Part shown: piece by piece, positions 1-12,777 of the stretch
How the letters are laid out: each line of letters starts with the position of its first letter
Position numbering within the stretch: position 1 is the stretch's first letter
From: Basidiobolus meristosporus CBS 931.73
Taxonomy: Eukaryota > Fungi > Basidiobolomycota
Reading direction: 5' to 3'
NCBI GenBank assembly: GCA_002104905.1
Contig: MCFE01000282.1
Coordinates: 39,572 to 103,571, forward strand
Length of the DNA: 64,000 nucleotides
Program-made: the position numbers and the translations under genes
The notes under the pieces: generated by a model
The model's input: only the letters and a program-made list of their open reading frames with translations
The model's database searches: none
What the model was told of the DNA's origin: nothing

Positions 1-1830
1 GTTGATGGACTTAAGATCAGATTTTGTAATCATCAAATGTCATATTTGGTGAAGATTGTGAATTTATATTAAATAGCACATCCCTGGACTTGTCTGGCTC
101 CATTGCTTTCCTATTATTGAGTGTGTATGCTTTACTCTCATTTCAGTAGTTCAAAAATATGCACTTAGACCTCTGGGCTCAAATTCTGCTCAATGTCTGG
201 GCAGTTTCTCAGTATATGCTTTACACACAGATATTACTGGATGTTCTGCCCTTGGCTTATATATATGCCATGCCTGAAAGGAGTAGAATCACAAATTACT
301 ATGTTATTACTCCTATTTAGAGGCATACATGTGGGGCAACTGATTCTACCCAAAAATCAAAGGATAAATTTGATTATGGAGCATAGATCTTGCCATACCA
401 ATTATTGATCTGCTTCTGCTGTGGAGAGAATGGGACAGTAGTCTCTTGCTTTATTCCGCAAATTTTGCCGAAGTGGATGAAGAACTCTGAGGGAACTCTT
501 CTAACATTGCCAGGGTGTATTTTGCTCCCATTTTGACCAGTCTCTCATTCCACCATGACTTTAAACTCCCTGAGCTTAGACTTAGCCTCTTCTGTTCTCT
601 CTATAAGCAAGACCCATACCTATATTCTATAATCATCAACATAAGTGATTGAATACTTAATCCAGCCTAAAGATAAATCTTGCATCAGTCATCACAGATC
701 TGAGTGAATTAGATGTAGATTTTTCGGGATTTTGATTAGTCAGAGCTCTTGAACAGTTGTCTGACTTGCTTCCCATATAAGCAGGCTTCACAGTGCTCCA
801 AAATATCAGGGAGGTCAATCTTTTCTATGAAAACTAGCCATTCTTTGATTATTTAGAGCAAATAATCATAATTAATGTGCTATAGTCTCCTGTACCAGAG
901 AATTGGTGTTTTGTCATATAAGTTACTTATACTGACTTCATGATATGCTGGAATATATGTCAACTTGCATGGTTTCTGATCTCTGATACCAAAAGCAATA
1001 TGGGCACTATTTTGATCAGTGATCCTGCATCCAGGTTTGTCAATGCCAAAACTAAGTCATTCTGCAGTGGCCTAACTTACAGATAGTAGGTTTTTGGCTA
1101 TTTCTGTTACATAAAGTACCTCTTTGAAGGTAGATGTGTGGCTTCCTTCACTGATTCTCAGGCTGGCTAGGATAGTTACTTCTCCCACTGCAACTGGTAT
1201 TCCGTAGTCACCTATGAAAACCTTCTTATTTGGAATTTCTTGTTATTGGGTGAAAAGATCTCTTTGACATGTTAAGTGTTGAGATGCTCCAGAGTCAGTG
1301 TATCATGTTGGAGAGTCCTGGCTTGTGGTCATGTTTAGTGCAGATATGAACAGCCTATCTTCAGATGCCACAGCATTTCTATTTTCAGACCTTTTCTGCT
1401 GACTATCTCTTTTTTTGAGGCACAAATTTGATGTGCATCCTTTGCCTTAGCAGGAGTTGCAAAATAGGTTACTATTGCTTTTAAAGGGTCTTAGGTAACT
1501 TCTTTATCGGTAATTATTGCTTATTAAAGCCTTTTCCTTTTCCTCCTTATTGGCACCAGATTAAACTAGCAATTAACCTTTAACATTAAAGCAAACACAC
1601 TTAAAGGCACATTGCTCTTTCCTTTTCTACTTTAAGGCTTCCTCTTTCATATTTTTAGAGGGGCATTCTTCTTCCATGGCAATATCTCAAAGGCCTCATT
1701 CTTGTAGCGCATCTTCATCTTCACCTTCCACACCTGGTAGATAGATCCAATAAATTTCTCAGCAGAGGGAAGATTTCCAGCAATAGCAGTAGTAGACACT
1801 GCAGCAAGTGAGAGCTTAGGGATCATAACC
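1..1830 (-). mobile_element. Degenerate Ty1/copia internal region (gag, protease, integrase remnants), cut by the window start
   Basis: Collinear with the copia at 14900-16530 (e.g. 421 gtggagagaatgggacagtagtctcttgcttt vs 15001 tgtggggagtatggtacagtagtctcttgcttt). Many stops and indels. PBS-like gggatcataacc at 1819-1830 abuts the LTR. Confidence 0.9.
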
Positions 1831-2912
1831 TGATGTAACTGTCTTGGTGATATTTGAAGTGATTAGACTTGTTCCGTTGGATAGTGCCACATTGAGCCAT
1901 GAGTGCCAAATAGTGCCATAGTGTGCCTGAGAGTCAGAGCAAACCTAAACTTGGCCACAGAGTGTGACATATAGTTCTGCATATTCATGCAAAGCAGCCC
2001 CTGTGTTTCACCTATGGTGCAGGAGAAAATCAGTTTTTTAACCTTTTTTTTGGGATCAAAATTGTGCATGACATAAAAGAGCACAGGCAGACTGAAGATA
2101 TACATCTGGTACACAATACCCATGGCACTCTAAATCTAGCCCCACAGGCTTGTAGCATGTCACAAAAATGCATGGCACTATCTTGGTCCACTGGTACTAT
2201 CTGGCACTATAAGTGCTTTGTATAGGTTCTACTTTAGGGCTGATATTTAAATATAGTGCCAGATAGTACCAGTGGACCAAGATAGTGCCATGCATTTTGT
2301 GACATGCTACAAGCCTGTGGGGCTAGATTTAGAGTGCCATGGGTATTGTGTACCAGATGTATATCTTCAGTCTGCCTGTGCTCTTTTATGTCATGCACAA
2401 TTTTGATCCCAAAAAAAAGGTTAAAAAACTGATTTTCTCCTGCACCATAGGTGAAACACAGGGGCTGCTTTGCATGAATATGCAGAACTATATGTCACAC
2501 TCTATGGCCAAGTTTAGGTCTGCTCTGACTCTCAGGCACACTATGGCACTATTTGGTACTCATGGCTCAATGTGGCACTATCCAACGGAACAAGTCTATT
2601 AGATAACAAGCAAAATATGTGGTTTTCACTCAATAATTTACTGAATGTCAAAGTATTTTTTATACTTTTACATGGTCTTGGTAGAACAAAAGCATATAAT
2701 AGGTATAGGAAGGTCTCAAGAACATATGTGCAAAGTTTGGGTTGATTGGATAACTTTTCAAACTTCATGCTCTGGGCACCTGTTATTTTGGTGAGTATAT
2801 TCCAAGCAAATCCCAACATGGAAATAGGACAGTAATATATAAGATATCTAGGTAATAATCCAAGTGACTAAGTTAGGTGTATACTTAGGAGGAATAACAA
2901 ACTTGCACAACA
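1831..2912 (-). repeat. 5' LTR of the first copia (~347 bp net), split by a foldback insertion
   Basis: Starts tgatgtaactgtcttgg and ends gcacaaca. Aligns with the LTRs at 12418 and 16534 once 1864-2598 is removed (33+314 bp). Confidence 0.85.
1864..2598. mobile_element. Foldback/MITE-like element: ~348-bp near-perfect inverted arms with a 40-bp spacer
   Basis: Arms 1864-2211 and 2252-2598 are reverse complements with about 2 substitutions and 1 indel. Mirror ORFs 1863..2123(-) and 2339..2602(+) give almost the same peptide. TA flanks gacttg...caagtc on both sides. Confidence 0.85.
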
Positions 2913-4142
2913 TCTGATGCTGCTGTAAGAAGTCAAGATACTGGGCAAGAGAATGCCAGAAGAAACAAATGGACAAAAAACAGATACCCAAGCAGGGAAA
3001 CCATGTAACATCAGATGAACAGTTATCTGGACTGGTGTAGTGGGGTCACAGTGACACCCACTGAGAGATGTGCTCATTCCCATATCATCTACTTCCCTAT
3101 TTGTTGACTAAACTTATTTTAGCTTTATCCCATTTGTCTTACCTGATCAGTACTATCCCATAAGCTGGCTGACTATCACACCTGCTTACCTTATTGCATA
3201 AGTTATCCCTCACTTTATGTGAGATTACTTGCTGTTAGTGCTTCTATATAAGGCAAATACCAGCACCAGTACTTGTGACATATGATCAACCCATGTCACC
3301 ATTCCCACAAGTTCTATTCCATATATAGTATCCCTATGTTGCACAGGCTTCAGAGTGCTAATTCTTGATTGGTTGGATGTGCTGTGCCTCTTAGAACCTT
3401 CCAGCACCTACATAGAATACTCTTAGCTCATTCTGATATCATTAAGATTTCTACTGATCTCCAGAACTTTCTGGAACACCATGATTAGTATTCACTTAGC
3501 CAGTGAGAAAAGTATATAAGGGAGGCAATCCCTCAACAATAAATCATCATCCCTTTTATTAATACACCAACCTGCTGAGTAGTGTGTTCACTGCTACCTG
3601 CTGCTACCTGAACTTCCAACCCCAGACCACAGGACACTCCCAGGAGACCATGCTGACAGCCAACTGACCTTGGAGGCACTACTTGTGAGGAATACTCATA
3701 GTATGTAGCTTTTATTATATCTGATACTTTCCCAAGTTTGTTCTTGTACAGGCAAAGATACTTTTCTGTCTTTGTAGCTGTTGACCACAGCTGTATTCTT
3801 ATCAAGTCCCTGCTGGTGGAGTTTACAGTTATTTTGACTTTGGAAGCTTTAGTGAGTTATTATCTCAAAGGATGCTGAACCCAGCACACACTTTTACTAA
3901 GACACCAACTTAGTAAGGGGTTGTAGCTCAATAGTTTTCCCTTGACAAGCTTGTGGCTTTATTCCCCATCATATTAGAATAGAGACAGAACCCAAGTAAT
4001 CCTAGCAAGCCTTTGCCAGAGGTTATTGCACCCAGTAAACACCCAAAACACAAGACACCTGAGAAGTGTTGGACATATCTCTCCCTTGGACCTATACATC
4101 ACTACACCAGTATAAGAGAGTGCAAGTTGCCATAGTAACTAA

Positions 4143-7100
4143 TGCTATATTGACTCTGGAGCATTACAGCATGCTCATTGTGTAAAAGTATACTTCAGCA
4201 AATTAAAATCTATTCCTGCAAGAAAGGCTTATCTGGGCAATAACTCTGCACTACATGCTAATGCCAGTGGGCTTATAAAGCTAAATATGAACAATAACTC
4301 ATGGGCAAAAATAGCTGAGTTGACTGACTTACTCTAGGTGCGTGAAATTGCTGAGAACCCAATCTCAGTGCGTAAAGCAGCTACTAAGGGACTGAAGTTG
4401 GCTATTACTAAGCCAAGCTGCTCAACATTGAGCAAAGCTGGACAAAAACTTGCTTTGGTAGACTGAGATCATAATATATGCAAGTTGCAACTCAAGATCA
4501 TTTTACCTGAATATGTTTACTTTGCTGGAACTTATGAATCTAAAAGAGAGATGTGGCATAGAAGGCAAGGACAAATTGGGGAACAGTAGATGAGCTTATT
4601 GGTGAGAAATCAACTTGTTTTGGGACTTGGTCTTTGGTAATGGAAAGTATTCCATTGCTAAAATATCTTAAAACCAATATTGCACTAATTCTTTATTATG
4701 CTTTTGATATTGTTACACACAAATTAAGGATCTAGAAACTCCAACTTTGAATGAAAAAAGTGCAAGGATCTGACTAGCAATCCACCCAAGAATATTATAT
4801 CATGCAGAACATTCAGAAGCCAACACATGTTTCAAATTGCAGCTCATTTGAAGTAGTACATAAGTAGTTATGATCAAAAAAGTCCAATAACCATATATAT
4901 TAGGCCCCTATTGCTAGGATTACTATGGTGACTTTGATTGCATGTAACCTTTGAACCAGCTGATCAAATTACAAGAGACTCCCACAGGTGCTGCACCCAT
5001 GTCCAAACTACACCACTGTAGAGTTTAGCTTTGTACCTTATGTATGGATTGTGCAATTGCACAAAAACTTTCATCCTTGAGAATTTCCAAAAATATGACT
5101 TCTCCAGCTGAAAAATTAAAGGAGAGCCTCTCTTTCCAGAATCTCCACACTACAATTACAAGCTAAAAGGCTATAAGAGCTTCCTTGCATCACTTACACT
5201 GCTGAATGCTCTGACTTGATTGGTACTACATCGGTAAAGAGACTGCAAAGCTCACAAGAATCCAATCTAAGTTCTAAAAGAAAACTGCCACTTTTCTGTT
5301 GGAAAAGTCCCCTCTCAGAAGCCCTGTAGTCTAGAGACCCCTTTAAGGAATCTTATTACCCTAAAGAACCCCCTTTACTCTAAAGAAACCCCTGTAGACA
5401 CCCCTTTAGGTCAACAGACCCCTTGATTGACTTCTACACCACACTCCTTTGGGTTAATAGAGAGTTCAGGACTTTCATACTAGGAAATATTCTCTCATAA
5501 AGGAAAGTGGCTTTCAAATAAGGAGATGATAACTTAAAAGTAAATAATCCCAATGGTTGACAGAAGGCAGAAAATTGCTGTAGAAGTGAGAAGCACTGCC
5601 CATAGTGTATTTTGAGCCTATTATTGAGGATATTGGTGTAAGTTATATCTTCTTTTGGTATATCAAATTCCCAACAAGCTATTTCAGTATTAGCATACTG
5701 GAAGTTGTTGTATATTGTACATTAGCCACCACATCACAGAACAAGCCCCAACCTAATCATAATACAACACAACAGATTACTCAATTCCAATCACATTGAG
5801 TGTCAGTAAGGGATGCTAAATACAAACTAGCTAGGAAATGTTTCAGGAGCTCAGGAGGCATTAATACCACCAATATATTGGCTATTGTGCACTCATATAT
5901 GTGTGGGCCCATGGGAACACTCTCCTTTAGAGCCAAGAAACATTTTATGATATTGATTGATAACAAGACAATATTTACATGAGTATACATCCTGAAGACA
6001 AAGGATGAGGCTTTAGAGACGTTCAAGCCCTCCAAGAACATGGCTGCAACACAAATGTGGTGAAAAATGAAGGTATTTCACAGTGGCAATGGAGGAGAAT
6101 ACTGTTCTAAGAAGTTTGCAAGTTACTGCTCAGCTACTGGTATACTTACGTCAGCCACTATCCTACATACTTCACAGCAAAATGAAGCAATCAAAAGGGC
6201 TAATATAACAATAGTAGAGATGACACAAAGTATGCTATATGAGAAGAAAATTGACCACAGGTTTTGGGTAAATATGTTTCCATAGTAGGTATATAGAATA
6301 AATCTCCAACAATAGCACTACATGATTCTACACTATCTGAAGCATCTACATATAAATAACCAGACCTCTAGCACCTTTGGATCTTTGGCAGTGATGCTTA
6401 CCATCACATCTGTAACAAAAAGTGATTCAAGTTGAGACCAAAAACTGGAAAAGGGATCCTTCCTATCTATTGTGAGAATACCAGAGGGTATAAAGTGTAT
6501 GGTGGCAAAATTCCAAAGCTATGCAAGAGCAGGGATGCTGTTTTTGAGGGGAACTCAGATCAGAAAGCTACTAAGATCATTGGCTAGCTGCCAGATGATG
6601 CAATCACTACTGATGAAGAACATATACCTAACACAGCCAGATACACAGCAAAATTCTACCAGTTCCAGATTAGAATATATTATCCCAGTTAGAAGATCTA
6701 ACAAAATAAGAAATGCCCTTAGATCTTGGTGGCAGGCATCCAATGACCATGAAGAAGCTTATCTTGCCTTATACAGCCCACCTCTGAATCTGGAACAGGA
6801 AATGCAAAATGCAGATGCTACCATGTGGCAACAAGCTATGCAGGAGGAGTAGCAATCTTTGCTCAAGGCAAAAATGTGGAAACTGGTAGATTTACCAAAT
6901 GCAAGAAGCCAATAGAATGTATATGTTTTAGCAAGATCAAAGTATCCTTAGTTTGTACCATTGATATGTACAATGTTAGATTGGTAGCCAAAGGCTACCC
7001 CTAGATCCAGGGACCAGACTTCAAGGAAATACTTACTCCAGTAGCCAAACCTAACTCAAATAAACTATTTCTAGCCCTGGCAGCTTTACATAGTCATGGT

Positions 7101-8705
7101 CTACCCCAAATGGCTGCCAAAATATTCTTTCTAAATGGGGATCTGCAAGAAACTATATATAAGGAGTAAATAGAAAGCTTTAGCAATCCAAATGGCCCCT
7201 ATAAGGTCTGCAGACTCAGAAAACTGCTATAAGGGCTTAAGCAGGCACCTAGAACATGGTTAACCAGACTGACACATATCTAGAGGAGATTGGGCTTATT
7301 TGTATCACTGCAAATCACTTTGAATTAATTAGGAGCTCACATAATCACCAATATATTATGAACTAGCACTTAGTTACATTATGTAGTGCAGAACATGAAA
7401 TTTGAAATTTGCATGCAGAATATTTGCTGATTATTTGGAAATAGTGAAGTATAGAATTTTAGGAATCTGAAACTTGTCAAAATGAGCTGAAACTTGGCAC
7501 ATATACTCCTGAGACTCCTTTCATTATGACTAAGTAGTTATGTATATGTAGCTCTGTAATAAGCTCAAATACTCTGCTGTAACTCAATCAAACAATAAGT
7601 GAACATCATGTAAATCTTCTAATTCTCCAACTCACTTTCAATATATCTCTCTAATACCTTAACAATTTACAGTATATATGTGAAGCTGCTTAAAAGGGAG
7701 TGATTTTTCTGGTACTTCATGTGGACAACCTAATAATAGCTACAAGTGACCAGGAGGCACTTAAACATACACAATCTGACCTTCTCAGCAAGTTTAAGAT
7801 GAGAAATCTGTAAAGATTTAGCTATTGACTTAGAGTTGAAGTCAAACCTAGCATATCTCCACATAAACCTGTGCCAAATCAGTCTAAGTACAACAGGCGC
7901 ACTCTTAGACTCTTCAATATGGTAAATTGCTAGCCTGCCACAACCCCCATGGTCAATAACCAGAGTTTGGGCAAATCTCAGCCAGTTTTTGGTGGAAATA
8001 GCTGAAGTATGAACCAATACTTTCCCTATCAGTCATTGGTTTGTAGTGTAATGTACTTGATTTACATATACAGGTCCAGATAGTGCAGTGGCAATAGGAA
8101 TAGCTAGTCAGTTAGTGCAGAGTTATGGAACTGTGCAAATTGCAGCATTTATGCATTTCTTCCAATATCTGCAATGTACCACAAATATAGGTCTAGAATA
8201 CTCCGAAGCAACAAATAGGCAACAATTTTATGACTTTTGTAACTCAGCTCAAGGTAGGGATCTGAAAGAAGGAATCTATACTAATGGGTAAGTATTTCTA
8301 TATGCTGGTGCAGCCATTAACCGGAATTGTTAGAAACAACTAACTGGGGCACTTTCTACAACTAGGCAGAGAATATGGCTGCTTGGTAGGCAACTAAGGA
8401 TGCTTTATGGTTACAAATATTACTCAAAGACTTGGTTTTAGCTCTAATGAGCCATCTTTTACTTATAAGGATAGCCAAGGTTGTATTTCATTAGCTAGCA
8501 ATCCTACTGATCATGCCAGAACTGAGCACATAGATATATAACACCACTTTGTGTGGTAAGTTGTTGAAATTATAAAGTAGAGCTAACTTATTGCCCAAAT
8601 GACAAAATGGGGGTGGACATACTGCCAAAACCACTAGCTAGGCCACAGCTTGAGAGTCTCAGAGAGATTTTGGGTCTTAGAAGACATTTAGTTAGAGGTG
8701 AAGGT
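4143..8705 (+). mobile_element. Heavily degenerate Ty1/copia pol remnant (protease, integrase, RT, RNase H) with insertions
   Basis: Protease CYIDSGALQH...KAYLGNN at 4143; integrase IVHSYMCGPM...FMILIDNK (5800-5982) and HSGNGGEY (6067); RT ARLVAKG/FSNP/LKQAPR-like pieces at ~6960-7260; RNase H end RTEHIDI...DILPKPL at ~8520-8690, followed by a purine-rich tract. Confidence 0.8.
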
Positions 8706-8859
8706 TGAAATATTGTACTGCTTGGTAGTATTCAGCAGCTAAAATTTACTTAACAAAGCTGGACTAGTCTTTGTCAAAGTGGGACTTATTTACAGCTTTA
8801 ACTTGGCCACCTTCTTTCAGTTCTTTGATCCTGTGCCCTATGAAAAGTGATTGTGACGA

Positions 8860-10830
8860 ACACATCAAAAGGCTGTCACAAATTTAAAGTCCTGTGACTA
8901 AGAGGTATTGATCCTCAGGGGACAAACTGCAAAGACTGTCAAAAAGTAATTATACCCCAGATTTCACAACAAACTTGGTCAAAATTTCTCATCACAACAA
9001 CACAAAAGTGGCTCTTGATTGGTTCTCTGTCAATTTTCTCACTTTCTGATCACAGACACTCTATTGCCTCCTATGCTTGAGTGCATTGACTGGCAGTTAT
9101 CACTTTTTCACACTCCTTACCTCCTGACTTGATTGTTTCTCTTACTTTGCATGCATACATTTTGATTTATATATATTGAAACTTAAGTTAGGCCTCAATT
9201 ACCAATTGTGCTGACCTACACAAGTCTCTATACCCTACACTAACATTAAGTCCAACCCCACACTCAATTAGTAACTCCATTAAGATCCATCACTCAATAG
9301 GCATATCTGCTGTAAAACTCTGTTTCTATGACTTTGGCAAGAACCCTACAGCTTTACACCACTATCCATTCACTGGTTCCCATACATCTTGGTCTTCAGC
9401 TGGCACTGCAAGGTATAACACCACATCTGCCAGCCTTTGCAATAAATCCTTGCAATGTTCAAGTGTGTTTTCTTGAGCACTACTCCTGAAGAAGTGCTGT
9501 AATATCTGGATGTGCATATTGATGTTCTAAAGTTTCACTGCAGGCATTGTGATAATCTTTCAGTTCTTGACTTTGTCACCTTATCTGTTGGTAAGATCTC
9601 CACTCTGTCAGCAATATAGGATCTGGAGGCTGTGATAGAAAAATTGCATTTCTCTGCATACTCAACTACCTCACTGAAGCATAGCTCAGCTGGCTGTGCT
9701 TCCAACTCTTGTAAAAACAGCTGCATTCTTGTTGTTAATTCTTCTTGGCTATGATGGGATTTAGTAAGTTCCAGGCTTACACCATTAATTGGCAAGAACT
9801 GCAGCTTTTTTCTCAGGCTTTCCTGACTCTGGCTTGTGTGACTTATTCCCTTTACCTGTTCCAATATAACTGTTAGGTCTTTCACTGCTACTTGGTCTGA
9901 GTGCTCTTTGCATTGATCTATTTCTTTTCCTTGATAAATGCTACTCTGATGCTTCTGTTTTGGCCTGATTGTCCCTTGATGGCACTGTGCAGGCAACCCA
10001 AACCTCTTTCCTGCTTGTTTCAAGCTCTCAGCCCATGCTATAATAGGCTACTCAGGTAACTGCTGGTTCTTATCACTACTGGGTCCTTCAGTACTACTCT
10101 GACTGATTGCTTCTTGGGTAGAATTATACTTTTTTCTTGGTTAATGTTGTGCTGATGCATCTACATCTACCTGCTTTTCCCTTATTGGCACTCTTCCAGC
10201 TACCTGATGCTTCTTTAACACTTGTTTGGAGCTTTTGGTCCTGCTTGTAATGGGCTCTTGAGGAAGCCACTGGTTTTGACCTCACAACAATGAAACTTCA
10301 ATGTCTTTTAGCTTTAGGCTTGGCATAAACACTAATTATTCTCCCTCCCATGCTGTAGTAGACTTTTCTGTGGGCTTTGTCTTTGGGCACTGTTGTTGTG
10401 CTTCAAAGACTGTACAGTGTTCCTCTGCTGTTACATTGGAAAATTGCTCAACTCTGAGCTGTGACATTTGATGACTTGAGTTCCTTGCTTGCAGCAAAGA
10501 TACTGCTTTCACTACCTGGGATATTGATTGCTCTACTCTTATTATCAGCTCATCCTGCTTCAGGGCTATTGCCAGACTTCTCTGGGCCATTGCATCTGTC
10601 CTATTGGCCACTGCACCTAATAGCCTCATTAATGCTCAGTATGAGCTGACAACACACTTGCTAATATGGGTGGTGGTGATGTCATAATGGCCACTTGCTG
10701 GTCTTCAACTGAAGGGACTGCTTTTGCTACATTCTCATATGCCTCAGCATTATGGTCAGCATGTGGCTCTACAGAGATTCCCAACTACCTACTTGACCCA
10801 GAGCCCCAGGAGTGGCATTATTACCTACTG
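8860..10830 (-). repeat. Dispersed repeat family A, copy 1 (decayed coding remnant of unknown product)
   Basis: Roughly 75% similar by eye to 55445-58360 and, inverted, to 19760-20215. ORF remnants at 10336-10629 and 57608-58054 share the motif VTAEEH.TVF.AQ.QCPK.KPT.K..TAWEG. Confidence 0.8.
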
Positions 10831-11619
10831 TGAGCACACTGCCCACAGGGCCTTTTTTGGTTGTAGCCCTGCTTGTTGCACTGAATGTCAAAGCAAGCTG
10901 ATGTCCTAGTGTTCTTTTACTGCTGTCAATTATGGGTTTTGGCTGGGAGCCAGATAACTGCGCTTATTTCTTTTGGCAATATATAAATATGAAAGTGAGT
11001 CAAACCAACAGGGAAATATTGCTACATGTATGTGTGTATGTGGTGCCACAACTTTATTCATAAAGCTTACTATGGCAGGTCATCATTGAATCTTACATTC
11101 ATGTAGGTGCAATGTCTCAAACACAAAACTGCCTGAAGTCCACAGGAGTACTAACAAAACAATGATATAATAGTGCTACATTGACAAGTGGCAAGCTCTT
11201 TGCCCCCTGGAGAGTACTACTTTGTTAACACACTGTACAAAAAGAGAAAAAAGACCACTTGGCTATTGCAGCAAGCCTCTCAGCCATGAGGCATGCATAC
11301 AGCATAGGAAGTATTGAAAGGATTGCAGTGGGTGTTTCATCACACAACTCATATTTGACCATTCATCAGTCACTACTGTACCAACAATATCATGCTGGCC
11401 AGTTGTACTTCTAGAGTGGCACCTGGTTGTACTTGTCACCTTGCACAAACTGAGTCAGGTGAGTTTGTGATGCCCTTAGGCAGCCCTCCAAATATGGCAA
11501 GCAGAGTGATAGCTCCAAAAAAGCATGCTCACTGATGCATAATGAGCCTATCTCCCCCAACATTAGTACCCTGCATGAACCTGGCAAAACCCCTGTATCC
11601 AATCAGACAACATCCATAG

Positions 11620-12415
11620 CAAAAAAAGCCAAAGATACTCTATGAAGCCAAGTGAGCCCAGTATTCCATCTACTGGTGAATGATGTGATGATGTGGCTAG
11701 AGAAGTGGTTTGTTTTAACTGTTATTGGTGATGGGGGCTTTGAGAATTCACTGCTACTTCATGGCAAAGTTATTCCAGGATGCTGCTTACCATCTACATG
11801 GTACAAGTGGACAACTACTATACAGCTGGCAGCATATGACCCAGAGACTGTCCTGATACCAGCATGTGTAAACAGTTGCAAGGCGTTCACATTAGAAAAT
11901 GCTGCATTTGCAAGGTGTCCAACTTGTCAGGAGCCCACCACCATAAGAGGAAAGTATCACTCACACTCCAGAGATATTCCAACAACTCCACATCTAAAGA
12001 AGCTCATGCAGTCTAACAAATATTTAAAGCTATAAAGTACCTTACTTAGTATCAATCAAGCGCAAACATTTCCAATATTTTTAATGGCAAACATTACAAA
12101 CAACTAAGAAGCAAGGACTACTTTGAAGTTATGTATGACCATGTCTTTGCCTTGACACATGATGGATTATCACTGTACAAGTACCCTACTTGCAAATCCT
12201 GCTGGCAACTGATTCTCATCAACCTGAAGCTGCCACTTATCTTATGGTACTAGAACAGAAATCTGATGATAGTCTCACTAGTATCTGGGCTTAAATTGCC
12301 ATCCAACCTGGATAGCTACCTTTATCCATTGCTGGATGAATGTTGTATGTCTTCTAGCCAGATACTACTAGCTGGCTATTGTACTAAAGCACATACTATT
12401 ATCTGCATTGGTGAT
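11620..12415 (+). pseudogene. CACTA/EnSpm-type (Transposase_21-like) transposase pseudogene, 5' part
   Basis: Cys cluster ACVNSCKAFT...CPTCQEP, then LTHDGLSLYK...CWQLILINLKLP and VSGLKLPSNLDSYLYPLLDE...AHTIICIGD, matching the known CACTA transposase motif order. Confidence 0.7.
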
Positions 12416-12417
12416 TG

Positions 12418-12766
12418 TGTTGTAAGAGTCTTGGAGATATTGGAAGTGATTGGGAGGACAAGTAGATTATGTGGTTTTCACTTAATGATTTACTGAATGT
12501 AAAAGTAGTATTTATACTTTTACCTGGTCTTGGCATAGCAAACATGTAGAATAGGTTAAGGAAGGTCCCAAGAGCATGTGTGCAAAGCTTGGGGCTGTTT
12601 GGACAACTTTGAGAATTTTCATGTTCTGGGTACCTGGTATTTTGGTGAAAATATTCTAAGTAAATCTTGATAAGGAATTTGGTCAGTATTCTCTAAGATT
12701 TGAAGGTAATGATCCAACTGACTAAGTTAGGTGAATATTTAGGTGGAAATACAAATTTTTACAACA
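12418..12766 (-). repeat. 3' LTR (349 bp)
   Basis: TG...CA with an 8-bp terminal inverted repeat. Differs from the 5' LTR by about 10 substitutions and 1 indel (~97%). PPT GAGTGGGAG is adjacent on the minus strand. Confidence 0.95.
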
Positions 12767-12777
12767 CTCCCACTCAG

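Noticed and set aside
4143-4900. hAT-like transposase
   Set aside because: Translation gives a copia protease (YIDSGA.QH), not hAT motifs.
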